Assembly: GCA_037447605.1 (NCBI GenBank)
Contig: CM074816.1
Coordinates: 759,873 to 823,872 of the forward strand
DNA: 64,000 nt
Reading direction: 5' to 3'
From: Zygnema circumcarinatum SAG 698-1b
Lineage: Eukaryota > Plantae > Zygnematophyceae
Below, piece after piece: positions 1-12,799 of the stretch; position 1 is the stretch's first letter; each line of letters starts with the position of its first letter. Position numbers and translations under genes: made by a program. The notes under the pieces were generated by a model that did not search any database, was not told the origin of the DNA, and worked only from the letters and a program-made list of their open reading frames with translations.

Positions 1-2270
1 GGTCATGTTAGGGTTTTGAAATGCCGAGATGCAGAGGCGATTTATTAATTTTAGGCTTGTTTGACCTTGTTAGGAGGGGTAGCTTTGTGATTAGTTTGGC
101 CGGTACAGTGCAGGGAGGGATTCTTTTTAGGAGCATCTAGAGCTTTACTTTCTTCAAGATTTTGCGTTCAGTAGGAAGAGAGTGAAGCAGGTTCAGGCCA
201 TTCCAATCATTTGTTAATTTCCTCATGTGCTTTATATTACCGCGTCGCTGGAGCAATCACAATGAAAGGAATAGTGGAGGGGATAGATCCCACATGTCAT
301 ATTGGCCATCGAGAAACCCTAAAATCCTTAGGGTGCGTTTTCATGGTCCAACTTCGTTTATTCAGTTGAACGAATGAGATGTGGTTCAACATTGCTCACG
401 AAAAACGGTACAAGCACACAAACAAAAATACTAAGCTTCAGTATTAAACCACAAACTGCACCACCTAGCTAGCTGTCAATTCTAACTAATAAACTCGCCA
501 CTAAATTGAGTCTTAATGTGCAGAGCAATGTGATTGGAGCATGAAAGCATGTGTATAATGGGCGGCTAAGGTTGCCAAGTCGACGTGGCGCTCCGTCATT
601 GGCTCCGTTCCTTGGTAGTTTGTTTTACGGAAACAATGTTCCGTTGGCGGCCGTTCGCTGCGCTGCCGGTCGTGACCACCTGACGACTCCGCCGACTCGT
701 TGTACGGACATAGGGCACCTCTCCAGTTCCCGCATACAAATCCACCTGCACGGAAATCTGAAGAACGGAAATCCGCGTGTGCGGATACTGTACAGTACCT
801 GGACCTGTACGCACAAGCGAAATCGCCGAAGGCGCCATGTCTACGACCGACCAGTACGGCCAAAATTATGGATCGTGTGCTGACATGGCCTTGTCGGCCC
901 TCGTTTGTCCCATTGCGGAAAGCCCCGGACGGCGCGGAACCAATGAGAGGCCGTCACGTGGTGGGCTGTCGGGAGGATCAGCGACTCGGTCAACGGGATT
1001 TGGGTTGCACACGTGCTGGTGAGCTAACGAGGCGGTCAGCGGACAGGCGACCACGGGGTCGTGCACGTGATTGGTCGAAACTGGATTTCGTTTGTCGGCG
1101 CTGTCGGTGGGCCGCCCGCCCCCTGCGAGGCGGGCCAGGGCAGAGCGGACGGCACGGCCAGCTATCCTACGGAGAGGATGCAAGTTCAACAAGGAGCGCG
1201 TAGGGACAAGAAAGCGAGAGGGGGAGAGTGAGGAGAGAGAGGAGAGAGAGGAGGGAAAGCAGGAGATGGAAGAAGAAAAAAGAGAGAGGGACATTGGGAG
1301 AGGTAAATTTTTAGTTTTCAATTGCAAATATTTTATTCGAGTTTTTCTTAACAACGATATTGTCTGAATTCTGTCTATAAAAGTCGTCCATATTTCAACC
1401 ATTTTTTGAATCATGAATCTGGATCTGGATCTGAATATGAATCATGTTATGATTCATGCAATGAAAACATTCCATGCTTTAACTCCTTTCGAAACCACAA
1501 GCATTGTAATTGATTGGTAAAATATCAATGTACAAAGTTGAGAGTAGGAGTTGGCGAGTTTGCAGCAATTCCTCGAGCCGTGTTGTTGTTGGGCCTAAAA
1601 GCGGACTTCATATGCATGGGATGCCATCGCCCTCGTAAGGTCAATCCCAGTCCACCCTCCCCCCAAGCAGGACCATGGCCGCCTGGCGACGGGCCCGCGG
1701 GGCCTAGCGCACATGTTGAACGCGCTCCCTCCAAGGTGAAGTCTCAGGCCGCACATTGTTCGCGCGGGCCACCGACACTACCGACAAACGCAATCTTATT
1801 GACCAATCATAGACTGCCAAGTCATCCCTCCACGCGGTCCAAAATATCGTTGACCGAGTCGCGGGCTTTCAGCCGCGCTCCGCCGCGCTGGCCGCCTCTC
1901 ATTGGCTCCGCCCCCGCCGCAAGTGGCCGCCACGGGCTGCCAGCGCGGCGATGGCGACAAACGCCACGTCATTGCTCTAATCTGCATATATGGCCGTACA
2001 GTTCGTACCGCTTTGTCCCCGTGCGCCGCCAATGATTGGGCGGGCAATAAAGTCGGCGGCACGCGGGGGCGGGCGCACTCGGGGGGGTTGCCCACTGGCG
2101 AACGCAGTACAGTACAAGACGGACGCGCGCGGGCGGGCGGGGCGCGTGGCGGGCACGTGGAGGGGCGGCGCTGGAGGGGGAGGGGGAGGGGGAGAGGGAG
2201 AGGGAGGGGAGGAGAGGGAGTGAGGGGAGGGGAGGAGAGAAGTGCAGCTCACAGCTCCGACGTGGACGCC

Positions 2271-5200
2271 ATGGCGGCCTTCGTGCGAGGCCTCCTCGCC
2301 ATAGCGATGCTCGTGGCGGGGGCTGTGCCTGCATTGGGTACAGGTGCGAGGGGGAGAGGGAGGGAGAGGGAGAAAGGGAGCGGGGAGGGAGGGTCGAGAG
2401 GAGGGAAGAAGGGGAGTGGGAGGGGAAGAAAGGAGGGAGTGCAAGTGTGTGAGAGAGAGATAGTTCCAGAGAGAATCGAGAGAAAGGTCAGGGGGGGAGG
2501 AAGAGATGAAAAGAGAGAGAGGGGGAGAAAGTAAGGGTGGTGGGAGGGGCGAGAGGAGGGGGTGCAAGAGAGAGAGGGAAAGAGGGATTTGGAGAGGAGC
2601 GGGGGAGGGAGAGAGAAGCGGGAAAAGGGAGAGGGAGAAGAATAGGAGAGGGAGCGGCGGGGAGAGAGAGAGCGCGCGAGAGTGAGCGGGGGGCCGCGGT
2701 GTGCGCGTGCAGGCGCGGACCTCAGTGCGTGGAGCGTGGGCGCGTTCGTGCTGGCGCCGCTGTACGGATCGGTGGCCGTACGGAACCGCGGCGGCGGTAA
2801 CGGGTCCGAGTGCGAGCTCGTGGGAGGCGGCGGCGGTGGGGCCGCGCTGCAGCCTTGCAAGAGGGAGAGAGAGTGAGAGAGAGAAGCAGAACTGAACTGA
2901 GAGAGAGAGAGAGAGCAGAGCTGAGGGAGTTGGAGAGAGAGTCAGATTAGAACGAAGTCGATGATTGTTCATAATATGAATGACAAACAAAAGCGGGGCG
3001 CAAAAGTTAGAGAAAGCCGTCCCTGTGCACTTTGCAGAGCCTTCCCGGATTGACTTTGTTGTGATGTTTTTTTCTCTCTGTGCGCAGCTTCCCTGAGTGG
3101 CACACAGGGCCTGTGGGTGCTCGCGCAAGGGCCCTCCTCCTCCTCCTCCTCCGCCTTTGCGTTCCGGCAGGCGCAGGGAAGCAAGTGCTTCGGCGTGCCT
3201 GATGGGACCACTGAATCGGGCATCGCCATAGAGATTTTTGGTGCGTCTCCTGCAACACCTTGCACTGTAGAAAGTTGAAACAGGGTCCAGATCTCCTCCT
3301 TGAAGCAAACCTCATGCCCATTTCTTTGCACGTTTGTATGTTCTGGAAGTTAAGGTTGTACATTGAAAGACGTAGCTCTGTAAACCATCGAGTTTTTATC
3401 AGCCACGGCCTTGCGGAAAAGCCAGCAGTATGACTAGAATTATATGATGGGGCTTGGTGCTAAATTTCGACGTATAGTTCAAACACTGCTCTTCTCTGCA
3501 GACTCCTCCTTTTCGCGATTAATGATTTTTTTTTTTTTTTTTTTTTTTGGGCAAACTGTCTCTGTGGTGTGCAGAGTGCGATTACAGCTCATCCCAAATG
3601 TTTTCTCCCCTATACCAGCAGTCCCCAGACCTGTCCGTGCAGTGGCAGAATGTGGCGTCGGGAAGATGCCTCGACTCGAGCACTGGGAAGGAAGGAGACT
3701 CGCTCATTCAAATGACCTGTTCTCAGAATAAGATGGCAAGTCAGCTGTGGAGAGCTCTCTCTCTCGCTGCTTTTCAAATGCTGTGTGAGTACCTTCTCTG
3801 TCTTTCTCTGATTTCTCTCATCCCTCTCTTTTTTTCTCCCCCTCTCTCTCTCCTTTCCTGTCTCTATCTGCTTTCGTTTTTTCCCTCTCTCTCACTCTCT
3901 CTCTTATCCTCTCTCCCATCCCCTTCCCTTTACATCTCTTCTCTCTACCTTCTCTCCCGACCTGTGCTTCATTGTTGGACCACTGGCAGTAGTGGTTTTT
4001 GCGGTTGACTGTGGTTGTGGTTTATATATATTACGCCAAATCGCTGAATCTTCTGAAGCTCGTGCCCATCCAGATGTGGCTTTCATCATTGACATCTCCA
4101 TTCAACAATGCATAAATGCTAATTCAGAACGGTTACGGTTTCATTCCGTGTCCAGGCGTCTGCAACTGCTCTCTTCGTCTATTAGACTCCTCCTTAGTTT
4201 CCCCTTCTTATTTTTTTTTGGTTTCTTTTTGCTTGTGCAGTTGCTACATCTCCCCCTCCCCCAAAGCCTCCCCTCCCCCCTCTGCGCCCCCCATCTCCGC
4301 CTCCTCCTCGACCTCCCCCTCGCTCTCCCCCTCTCTCTCCCACTCTCTCTCCCCCTCTCTCTTCTCTTCTCTCTCCCCCTCTCTCTCCCGCTCGCTCTTC
4401 CCCTGGCTCTTCCCCTCTCTCTCCCACTCTCTCTCCCCCTCTCTCCCCCCCTCGCTCTCCTCTTGGCTCTCCCCCTCTCTCTCCCCCTCGCTCTCCCCCT
4501 CTCTCCCCCCCTCGCTCTGCTCCCCCCCTCGAACGGCCGCCCCCTCTGAGGAGACCTCCCCCGCCCAGAAAGGCTTCACCCCCTCCGCCCGCTCCCAAAA
4601 TAGTCCAACAGCCGCCACCCTCCCTCTCTGCAGAAGGTAACCAACACCTCGACTTCGCCTTCTACCTAACCTTCCCAATAGGGGTTAGTATTTTCAGATG
4701 AATGGGGATGAATGGGGAATGTTGCATCTGGGCATGCATCGCCAGTAAGTAGGGTACATCAAAGTTTTTTTCCTTGGCCTCAAGCCCGTTTCTTCATTGC
4801 TGGTTGCATTATGGGATCTGGCAGGGGCGCATATAGATTGACAAGAAGTAAAAGGCTGCTTGTTTTCCTCAATATCTGAGAGAGCTGTGCAATAAAAATG
4901 CGCAGCGGCGGCCCTTCTCGCGTTCAAGCAGGCGGTCACAAGCGACTCTCGGAACCGGNNNNNNNNNNGAGACTCAGACTAGCAGACTCACGGCACTTGT
5001 CTCAACTGGGATACATGGGAAAGGGACGAAGCTTTTGGCTCTTCTTTTTGGGTTTTTTCGACACTGCATTGGTCTCTCAGGGGGAGCAATTAAATGTTCT
5101 GACAACCTAAGTTTCCTGTTTTTTGGAACAGTACTTTGAGTGGGAGTCAGCTGAGTGGCAGCATTTCACCTTCCATTGGCAGCCTGACTTTCCTGTCGGA

Positions 5201-8200
5201 ATTGTGAGCATCCTCACCCTCCTTGGAAATATCAGAAGTTTGCGGAGAAAAAGCCATGCTGATTTATTCTGTTATCTTCGGAAATCTCGCTTCTCTTCAT
5301 AACAATTTGTAACACCCGAGGAGGAAGCTGCCTTGCCTTCTGTCGCATGTAGGAATTCTGAGTCATTGGAATTTCTTATCAAGCGCATGTGAGGCTATTG
5401 CAAATCATGTATTGCAAAGAAGTCCTTAACTTTTCGTGTGTTTCATTCCACATGCAGGGATTTGTCAAACAATAACTTCACAGGCAGTATACCGGATTCC
5501 ATTGGAGGTCTGCAAAGCCTGAAAATACTGTATGTTGCTCCGTTTCACCCAATACTTCCAAGTCAATCTGTGCCACAATGATCTGCTGGAGTGCCCACTT
5601 TTCTTGTTGAAGCGTCGCCTATAGCCTGCCTTTTTCTCCTATGTTTAGCTGAGTCTGTGATAGAATATGCAGGAAAAGCTAGTTCAGTAGGAAGGTGTTT
5701 GGAGACATGAAGGATTTGGCTTCCTTCTAATGCCAACCTGTTGGATACTGAACAGTTGTGGAAAGGCAAGCAGCGGCTAGTCATATTGAATGGTTGCTCC
5801 TCGAATATAGCTGACGAGAGCTTTTTGGTTGCTGCCGCCTGGGAAGAGCCATAAAATGTTGACGCAGCATGGAACTTTTTTTGTGTTATTACCCCTTCTG
5901 AAAGAATAGAATATTCTGAAATCGAGAATAAAATGACAGGAGGACGGTACGGTAACCTTTTTTCCACTTGTTACAGGGACTTGTCAAACAATCAATTGAC
6001 TGGGAGCATTCCCTCCTCCCTTGGAAATGCCACTGCTCTAAGGACCCTGTGAGTGGCAAACCGGTCTCTAACCATCTCTCTGCTAACATTGATGCAGCAG
6101 AAGCTTAGGTATTGAAGAGGAATCAAATCGGAAATCTGAAATATTAGTCCTCGGGTTTTGTAAATCTTTGAAGGGCATTTAAGGATTTAAGGAACTGCTT
6201 CCACATGAAAATTGTGTCTATGGTTTGCATAAGTCTATCAGAATTCGAAAAAGAGTGTCCTTTCTGGGACAAGCTGAAGGCGTTCTCATGAGCATCATAG
6301 CATAGAGATGGGTTGGATGGTCTTCATCGTTCGAAGTTTTGCTTTATGAAAAAAAATAACTTGCCGCATATTTACAGAAACGTTGGCAACAATTTACTGA
6401 GCGGCGCCATTCCTCCAATAATTGGGACCCTGAACAGCCTCAAGTACTTGTAAGTGTGTGTGGCCTGTTTACATGGCAATAATCTCTCTCGTGCTTTCTT
6501 TATCCGTGTCTCAGAAAAAAGACTGCAGAAGAGTGAGAAGCAGAAAAATAATAAAATAAACGAAATGCAGGGCATTCTGCACCTCCGTCGAGCACACAAA
6601 GGTCAGTTTCAAGTGACTTTCTGGAATATTCAAAAACGCTTTCATCCATTGGCTCTCTCTTTTGCATTCGCTCTCACAGGACCTTATCCTCCAATCAACT
6701 GACGGGTGCTATTCCCGCAAGCCTCAGTGGGCTTTCGGCTATAAGGACGATGTAAGCAGCGCCTCAACTCATTTGAAAAGCTGAAGCTTACTCTCACGAA
6801 GCAAATGGTTTATCGTTTTTGAAGGCCTTGATCTTTATAGCTTGACCGATACAGCCCATATGCTAAGCTCAGTGCAACAAATCTGAAATTCAAAGTTCAA
6901 GTCAAATTCTCAACAGATCGCGATTCTGTGTGCTGTGCAGGTCTCTTGCAAATAATCTGCTCATTGGACCCCTAGTTTTCGACTTTGGTTTGCTCGAAGA
7001 TGCAACTTTTGATTTCAGCAACAACTACTTGTCCGGAGAATACGCCGTCAAAGTGAATGAAGACGATGTGAAGTGTACTGGCATTGATAGGAACTGCTTT
7101 TCCGGTTCAGCTGTGAGTTCATGCAGTACTCAGAGAGACGCAGCTTCCTGCGCTCTGTTCTGCAATGCAACTCAGCCTCAAGGCGCATGCGGTGGAAACG
7201 GCTTTTGTTATCTTAACGGAAGCCAACCCACATGTGCATGCGCCGCCGGCTTTGTAACCTCCGCCAATAAAGACTCCTGCGTGTTTGGTGAGTGCTACAT
7301 ATCTCTTTCCCCTTCTGAGTCCCCTTCTGAGTCCCCCTCTAGACATTGATTTGTCAAGATGGAAACTTTAACCTGCTCACATTCTGCAGACTGTTAGGTT
7401 GCACCTGTGGTGCTATAACATTTTGAGAGCTTTCAGGTTCAAGACCTGTTTTTTTTTTTCACACATTTAGAAATTCTGTGCAGAGGGCCGTGGGTCTGGT
7501 CTCAGTCTTACGACTGCCCTTATTACAAAGGTGAATCCCTATTTTCGGTATGCAAGCTCGGGATATTTGAGGAGACGGAGCGGCAAAGCTTCGTGGCAGG
7601 TCGCTATTGCGTGGAATTGGACGGAGGAGGGAGCTGTTCAGAACATCAAAGATCAAAAAAATTGCAGTAAGAGCACTTTCTTTGACCAGATCCTTGTTCA
7701 ACTCGACTGCTGCGTGATGTTACTTTTTTAGCTCGTTAGAAAGACTGCTCCTATGATCCCACCTAGAAGCTGTGCCATCTTCTTCATTAATGAGCTCAAC
7801 TCTAATCCTCATCTCATTTTCCTGCATACAATACCGTCCGTCCATTCCATCACAAGTACTTATCCTGTTCTGATGAGTGTTCGTCATGCTGAACACAATC
7901 TTTATGTTTTGCATAATTGTAGGTACATGTTGGATATTCGCTCCGATATCTGCGATAGAAAGCGCCCTGTACATCGCAAGCGGTGGGCAGTCTCCGGTGC
8001 CGCAATTGGCGGAGGATCAGGTCCTGACCTGCTCGGGGAGCAACAAAACGTGCGGGGCCGGAGGGTGGCCCACAGAGACGCTCGAATATGCCTTGAGCAA
8101 CACCTTACTGCTGCAATCCAACTTCGTGGACTCTTCCAGCTGCGGACAGGTAAGAACATTCTAGTAGTGATACGATCATTTTTGTCACTGCATCTACTCA

Positions 8201-11200
8201 TGGCGTTCGCCATTCACAAGACTCTCTAAAAGCTCTGTCAACTGTACTAGGCAGCTTTTCCCCGAGCTTACAGTTTGTGTGCGGAGTCTGCAGGGCGACA
8301 ATGCGCTGAGAGTGTCCTCCTACGAGCAGGTGCAGTTCAACGGTTGGCTCGGCCTCCTGCTCATCCTGCAGCAGCAAGTGGCCGTTGTCACTATTGAGGC
8401 GTCCGGCGATAGCTTCATCAATTACAACGGAGTAAGTCAGTGTGAATACTTCTGTTACCTTTCGTCCACATACTTTTTCTATACTTAATCAGTTAATCTT
8501 GACCATCCGAAGATCGAGACCTAGACCAAGGAACTGACTCGGAGGTCCGACATGGCAGCATTGATGCCTCAGCGACCTTTCATGGAACCCACAAAAACCC
8601 TTCGCATCCCCTTCGCATTTGAGTGAAAGTCCACAAAACAGTCCCCGCTAAAGCTACTCAAGAGGTCTACTTTAGCACCCCTACTCAGAGTATGTAGATC
8701 TGCTTCAAGTTCACACCCTCGCTTTCTAGAACCATCATAACTTTGCATTTTTACCATTCTGCTTGCTGCAGGGGGTGTTTGACGATGAAGACTGCTTTTC
8801 GAACGGAGTGGATCACAGCGTGGCGGTGGTCGGATACGACCTGAGCGCGGATCCACCCTTTTGGATCCTCCGCAACTCGTGGGGGCGCAACTGGGGCGAG
8901 CAGGGTTACATGCGCCTCAAAATAACCGCCGGGGCGGGGATATGCGGCATCACCAGCCTGCCCGCGCTCATGCCCGTCCTCCGGCCCCAAGGTGGGACTT
9001 GAGATGGATGTGGATTGGATATGCGTTGTACTTTTCGAGCATCCACAACGGTAGACTGGAGGGTCGTATGGGAGCATGCAATTAGCAGTTGGAAAGGCCT
9101 TCTGCTTTTTGTTGAGAGTCGATACGCCCATCCTTATCTGAGTTGATCACTGAGCCTCAAAGAAGCGCTTCGCTACCCATTTCTGCACCTTACGGCAAAT
9201 CTCGGAATTGGAAGCGTCTTCTCATGTTGCCCTCCCTTCGACATTCGTTGAGTGCAGTTGGCGATCCATGCTTCAGGAATAACTATGCGAGTGTGGTCCT
9301 CAAGAATGTGAATGGCCCCGGCGGAGTGAACCCCTGTGGAAACGGCATCTGCATTCCTGCGGGGTCGACCAACCTCTGCCACTGCTCGGAAGGCTTTGTG
9401 GCGGTCACTAACAACGACTACTCGCAAACCTGCGCACCCCGTGAGTGCTTTTGCTTCAACAAAGGGCTCTTCCGTGAGAAATGTCAAACAGTGAATGTGG
9501 TCACAGCAGATATCCCCTATGCCTGTGTGTGAATATTCTCACCATCTTCACAGAGCCTCCTTCTCAAGTTCTGTTGGCGGTCGTGCAGTGTCTCCATGCA
9601 AGTTTGCTTCACGGAATCCGTGCGGCGTTGGAGAGTGTTTGGATGCCGCGGCGCCTCTGGGAACGTACCAATGCTTGTGCCCCATCGGCTATGCGCCCGA
9701 CTCCCCGGAGGGCACGCTCACGTGCTTGCCAGGTAGATATCTCCTCATCACTCGTAAAAAAATGCCAAAGCACTTCATTACAGTATCCGATACCATTAGC
9801 CTAAAATAGCCATTTGTCATTCTCAAGCCTAATTTAACCGTTGCTGTGACCCGTCGGTTATCATCCTTCCTGAGAACTGTTCTTGAAATATCGAACGAAA
9901 GTTTTCTATATGGAGTACTCCTTTGCAGGCGGATCGCTATGTCCTATGAATATGGTACTCGTTTTGGTTTCAGTTTAACGGACGGTTTTCCTTCAGTATT
10001 ACTGACGATGTTTTAAGTCTGACATGCCCTAACCACCTTAACTGAGAAACTTATCAAACAAGAGGATGGGAGGGAGGGCAGTTTGAGAGACTTCTCTGAC
10101 TGACGGGTAGCGTTGTTCGTGCAGCGGCGATGGTGGAAGGACAGCAGAATTTCACAGTGCCCATTGGCACAAACATAAGTTGCCCTGCCGTTTACAACAT
10201 GTATGGCATCAACAAAACCACGTTTTTGGAGCAGAACAAAGTAAGTATTGGTGAACGCTTCTTGCCCTCTCTAGCTCAGTCTTGCAGAAACTCCGAATAG
10301 GTCTGTGTGGGCGCATCAACTCTCCGAAACACTAAAAGGTTATCTCCACGGTTTTTTTTTACCGCTGAGCCAAACCATCATTGCCTCACAAAATGACTTC
10401 CAATGGGAATATGAAGCTGACGCAGACCTTCACATCGTGCAGAACTTGAGTTGCCAATCGCCACTTCCAGAAGGCACGGTTGTGAATGTCACCAATTTCC
10501 AGAACTGCTCCGTGGTGTACGCCGTCAATGAGGTGAGCTCCGTTTGCATGCTCAGCTCTCTGTTAATTCTTGTCTCCGTTCTGTGTGCCTACAGCTCGCT
10601 TTTACTCCATTGGTCTGCACTCATCTTAAAGCACTATGAGGCGGGCGAGGGCTGCTTTTAAGCTCACCTTCTGTCCTATCCATGCTGCAGGGTGACACGT
10701 GCGACTCCATCGCAACAGTGTTCAACGTGACTTCAATATCCGGCCCCGATTCACCCAATCCTGATTTGGACTGCTCACAGCTCATGCCCTTCCAACAGGT
10801 ATGCCTGCTTAGATACGAATGTCGCTCTGGCTTTTCCAATAAGAGCAGCTCGTTAGTCACGATTCATCTTTGCTTCATTTGATGGTGATACTTGGTGGAC
10901 TTGTTATGCAGGTCTGCATTCAAAGAGGGCCCCTCGAATACACAGGGCCTTGCGTTCTGCCATATGATGTTCAGCCTGACGAATCGTGCTTTTCGATAAC
11001 AGCAAAGTATCTCGCTGGTGATATTTGGAAGTTTTATAAGCTCAACCCTGGCGTCTTTTGCGGCAAACTGCTGCTTCCTACCAGCGGCGGTGTGGCACTT
11101 GGCCAACAGGTGAGACGCTCCTCAAAGCAGATGAACGTTCAACGCCTTTCAGTTTCATAAATCTGTAATTTCCATGTTGGAGCATGTGCTTCGAGTCGTC

Positions 11201-11527
11201 TGCCTCCTAAAGTCCTGCTCGAGGTGAGTTTTCAGTCGAAGGATATTGAGTGTTTGGCTTGAGTGATGTGCTCAGTACATGCTCGTCTAATTTTTTTTAT
11301 GTCACGATGCGAGCGAGCAGGTCTGCCTGGAAGCAGGGGATGTGGGAGTGAGTCAAACCTGCACGGGCAAGTCCGTTTCTCTGAGGAATGGAAACAGCTG
11401 TGCTAGTCTGAAGAACTGCTTCACAAAAAAGGACACCTTCAAGAAATTGAATAAGTTCGCGTGTACCGCAAAAGCATTGAAGGCAAAGACGCATTTGTGC
11501 GTTCCTCCTCTCAGCAGATGTAACTGA
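2271..11527 (+). CDS. Secreted multidomain protein: signal peptide, ricin-B lectin, Pro-rich (SPP) stalk, LRR, EGF-like, papain-family (C1A) cysteine protease, 2x EGF, about 4x LysM (about 22 exons)
   Basis: ATG 2271 MAAFVRGLLAIAMLVAGAVPALG (signal peptide). Ricin-type repeats: KCFGVPDGTTESGIAIEIF|ECDYSSSQMF and WQNVASGRCLDSSTG...CSQNKMASQLW (3088-3784). Pro-rich exon 4241-4636. LRR N-cap AALLAFKQAV (4906). Five 72-nt LRR exons at 5132-5203, 5458-5529, 5977-6048, 6378-6449 and 6680-6751 (e.g. DLSNNQLTGSIPSSLGNATALRTL). Exon 6941-7287 ends in a Cys-rich EGF-like module and splices in phase 1 into exon 7484-7666. C1A motifs: WNWTEEGAVQNIKDQKNC|STCWIFA, DHSVAVVGY, WILRNSWGRNWGEQGY (7484-8991). 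EGF exons 9258-9440 and 9589-9732. LysM-like exons 10125-11527 (e.g. GDTCDSIATVFNV...NPDLDC). Stop TGA at 11525-11527. An N gap at 4959-4968 hides part of the LRR N-cap, and junctions around 2860-3088 and 3785-4240 are uncertain. Confidence 0.85.
4959..4968. other. Assembly gap (10 N) inside the LRR N-cap exon
   Basis: Run of 10 N; the reading frame after AVTSDSRNR cannot be followed across it. Confidence 0.99.
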
Positions 11528-12344
11528 AATAGGTATATGCGGGTACGTACTCGAGAATATGCCGTCAAGGGTATGTTGCTGGAGGGCCATCCATTATCCA
11601 ATTGACAGTATGTAATTAGAAGGATATCTTGTTGAGGTTATGTCGGGATCGATAAGTCGACTCGCATTGCAGAGAAATTTTCTTCAGGTTTTATCATCTT
11701 GCCTCACTTTATGTAAAAACTCTCGACGGTGAGGAAGCCATCTGTAAGTGAGAAAAGGTGGCAAAGAGTGGCAGCTCCGCGGTTAGTTTGTCCAACAGGG
11801 CGGGCGGGCATTGCACTGCGAGGGTGGGACAGGGCCAGCCCGCCGCTGGTGCCCTGCAGAAGCAGCACTTCCATGTTGTCTCGTTCCGTTAAACAGCGAC
11901 AAGAGCGTGCCTTCCATGCACTTTGAGCCCATGGATCGATCGGTGATGCGGCGAGCCATGCGAACCTCGATGAGGGCAGGCTCGGAATTTGGTTCTACTC
12001 TGATTCGCTCTCATAATCGATTGGCTCGATGGTGTTAGAAAAAATGCTTTCTTGCTTGCGTATGCATATGTAACACATGTATGGTACGAAATGGAGGCCA
12101 CGCATGGACTCTTGCTTCGTAGCACATGTGCTTCCACAAAGGGACATCTGCTTCAAATTAATGATTTGACACTGTCAAATTACGCATGCCCATGCAGATA
12201 TTGATATGGTTTATGATGAAAATAGAGTTCACAACCAACATTGTACAGTGGCTAGGCACACATTGTCGTTGGCCATGTTGCCAGCATTTTCATGTTGGTA
12301 GCGTGCACATGCCATGGGACCTACCGCGTAGGTTGTACGGCTAT

Positions 12345-12673
12345 ACGCCGCGTGGCGACGCATTCAAATTTCGGCAGCCTTGCCCGGGAGGCGACCTGCC
12401 GCGTCCTGCCACGTGGCGGCATGCGGCCGCGTTTTCCCTTGCTGAGTTGGCCGCCACGCAAACAGTCGTGTGCCGCGGGGCTACGTGGCGGCCTGTCGGC
12501 GCGTTTGAACGTCGAAATTCCAGACCCAACAAGAACCTGCGCACGTGGCGGCTGCACAGCAGCTGTGCGTGCGTGGCGCCCATGCAAAGGCCATACGTGG
12601 CGAGTGCAAACGCCAGCAGGTGCCACGTTGCATACCGCTCTTGCAGGTTCCTGCGCCAGCAGGCGGCTATAAA
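12345..12673 (+). promoter_or_regulatory. LEA promoter: ABRE/G-box cluster and TATA box
   Basis: Four ACGTGGC motifs at 12411, 12483, 12543 and 12595, GCGTGGC variants near 12351 and 12571, a CATGCA (RY-like) motif near 12581, and TATAAA at 12668, 130 bp before the ATG. Confidence 0.75.
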
Positions 12674-12799
12674 GAGGGGCTGCAGGGCCTTTTGACGGCA
12701 GGCTGCTTTCTTCGCTTAGCTCTTGGAACTCTCTGCTCTTACTCTCTCTCTCGCGCTCTCCTTTTTTTTCCTTTGATCAAGAACTCGCTCTCTGCCACC

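Noticed and set aside
513-2250. Many overlapping GC-rich ORFs of 60-440 aa
   Set aside because: No recognisable domains and low complexity; the region looks like promoter/intergenic DNA with CCAAT and G-box motifs. I found no terminal repeats to call an element.
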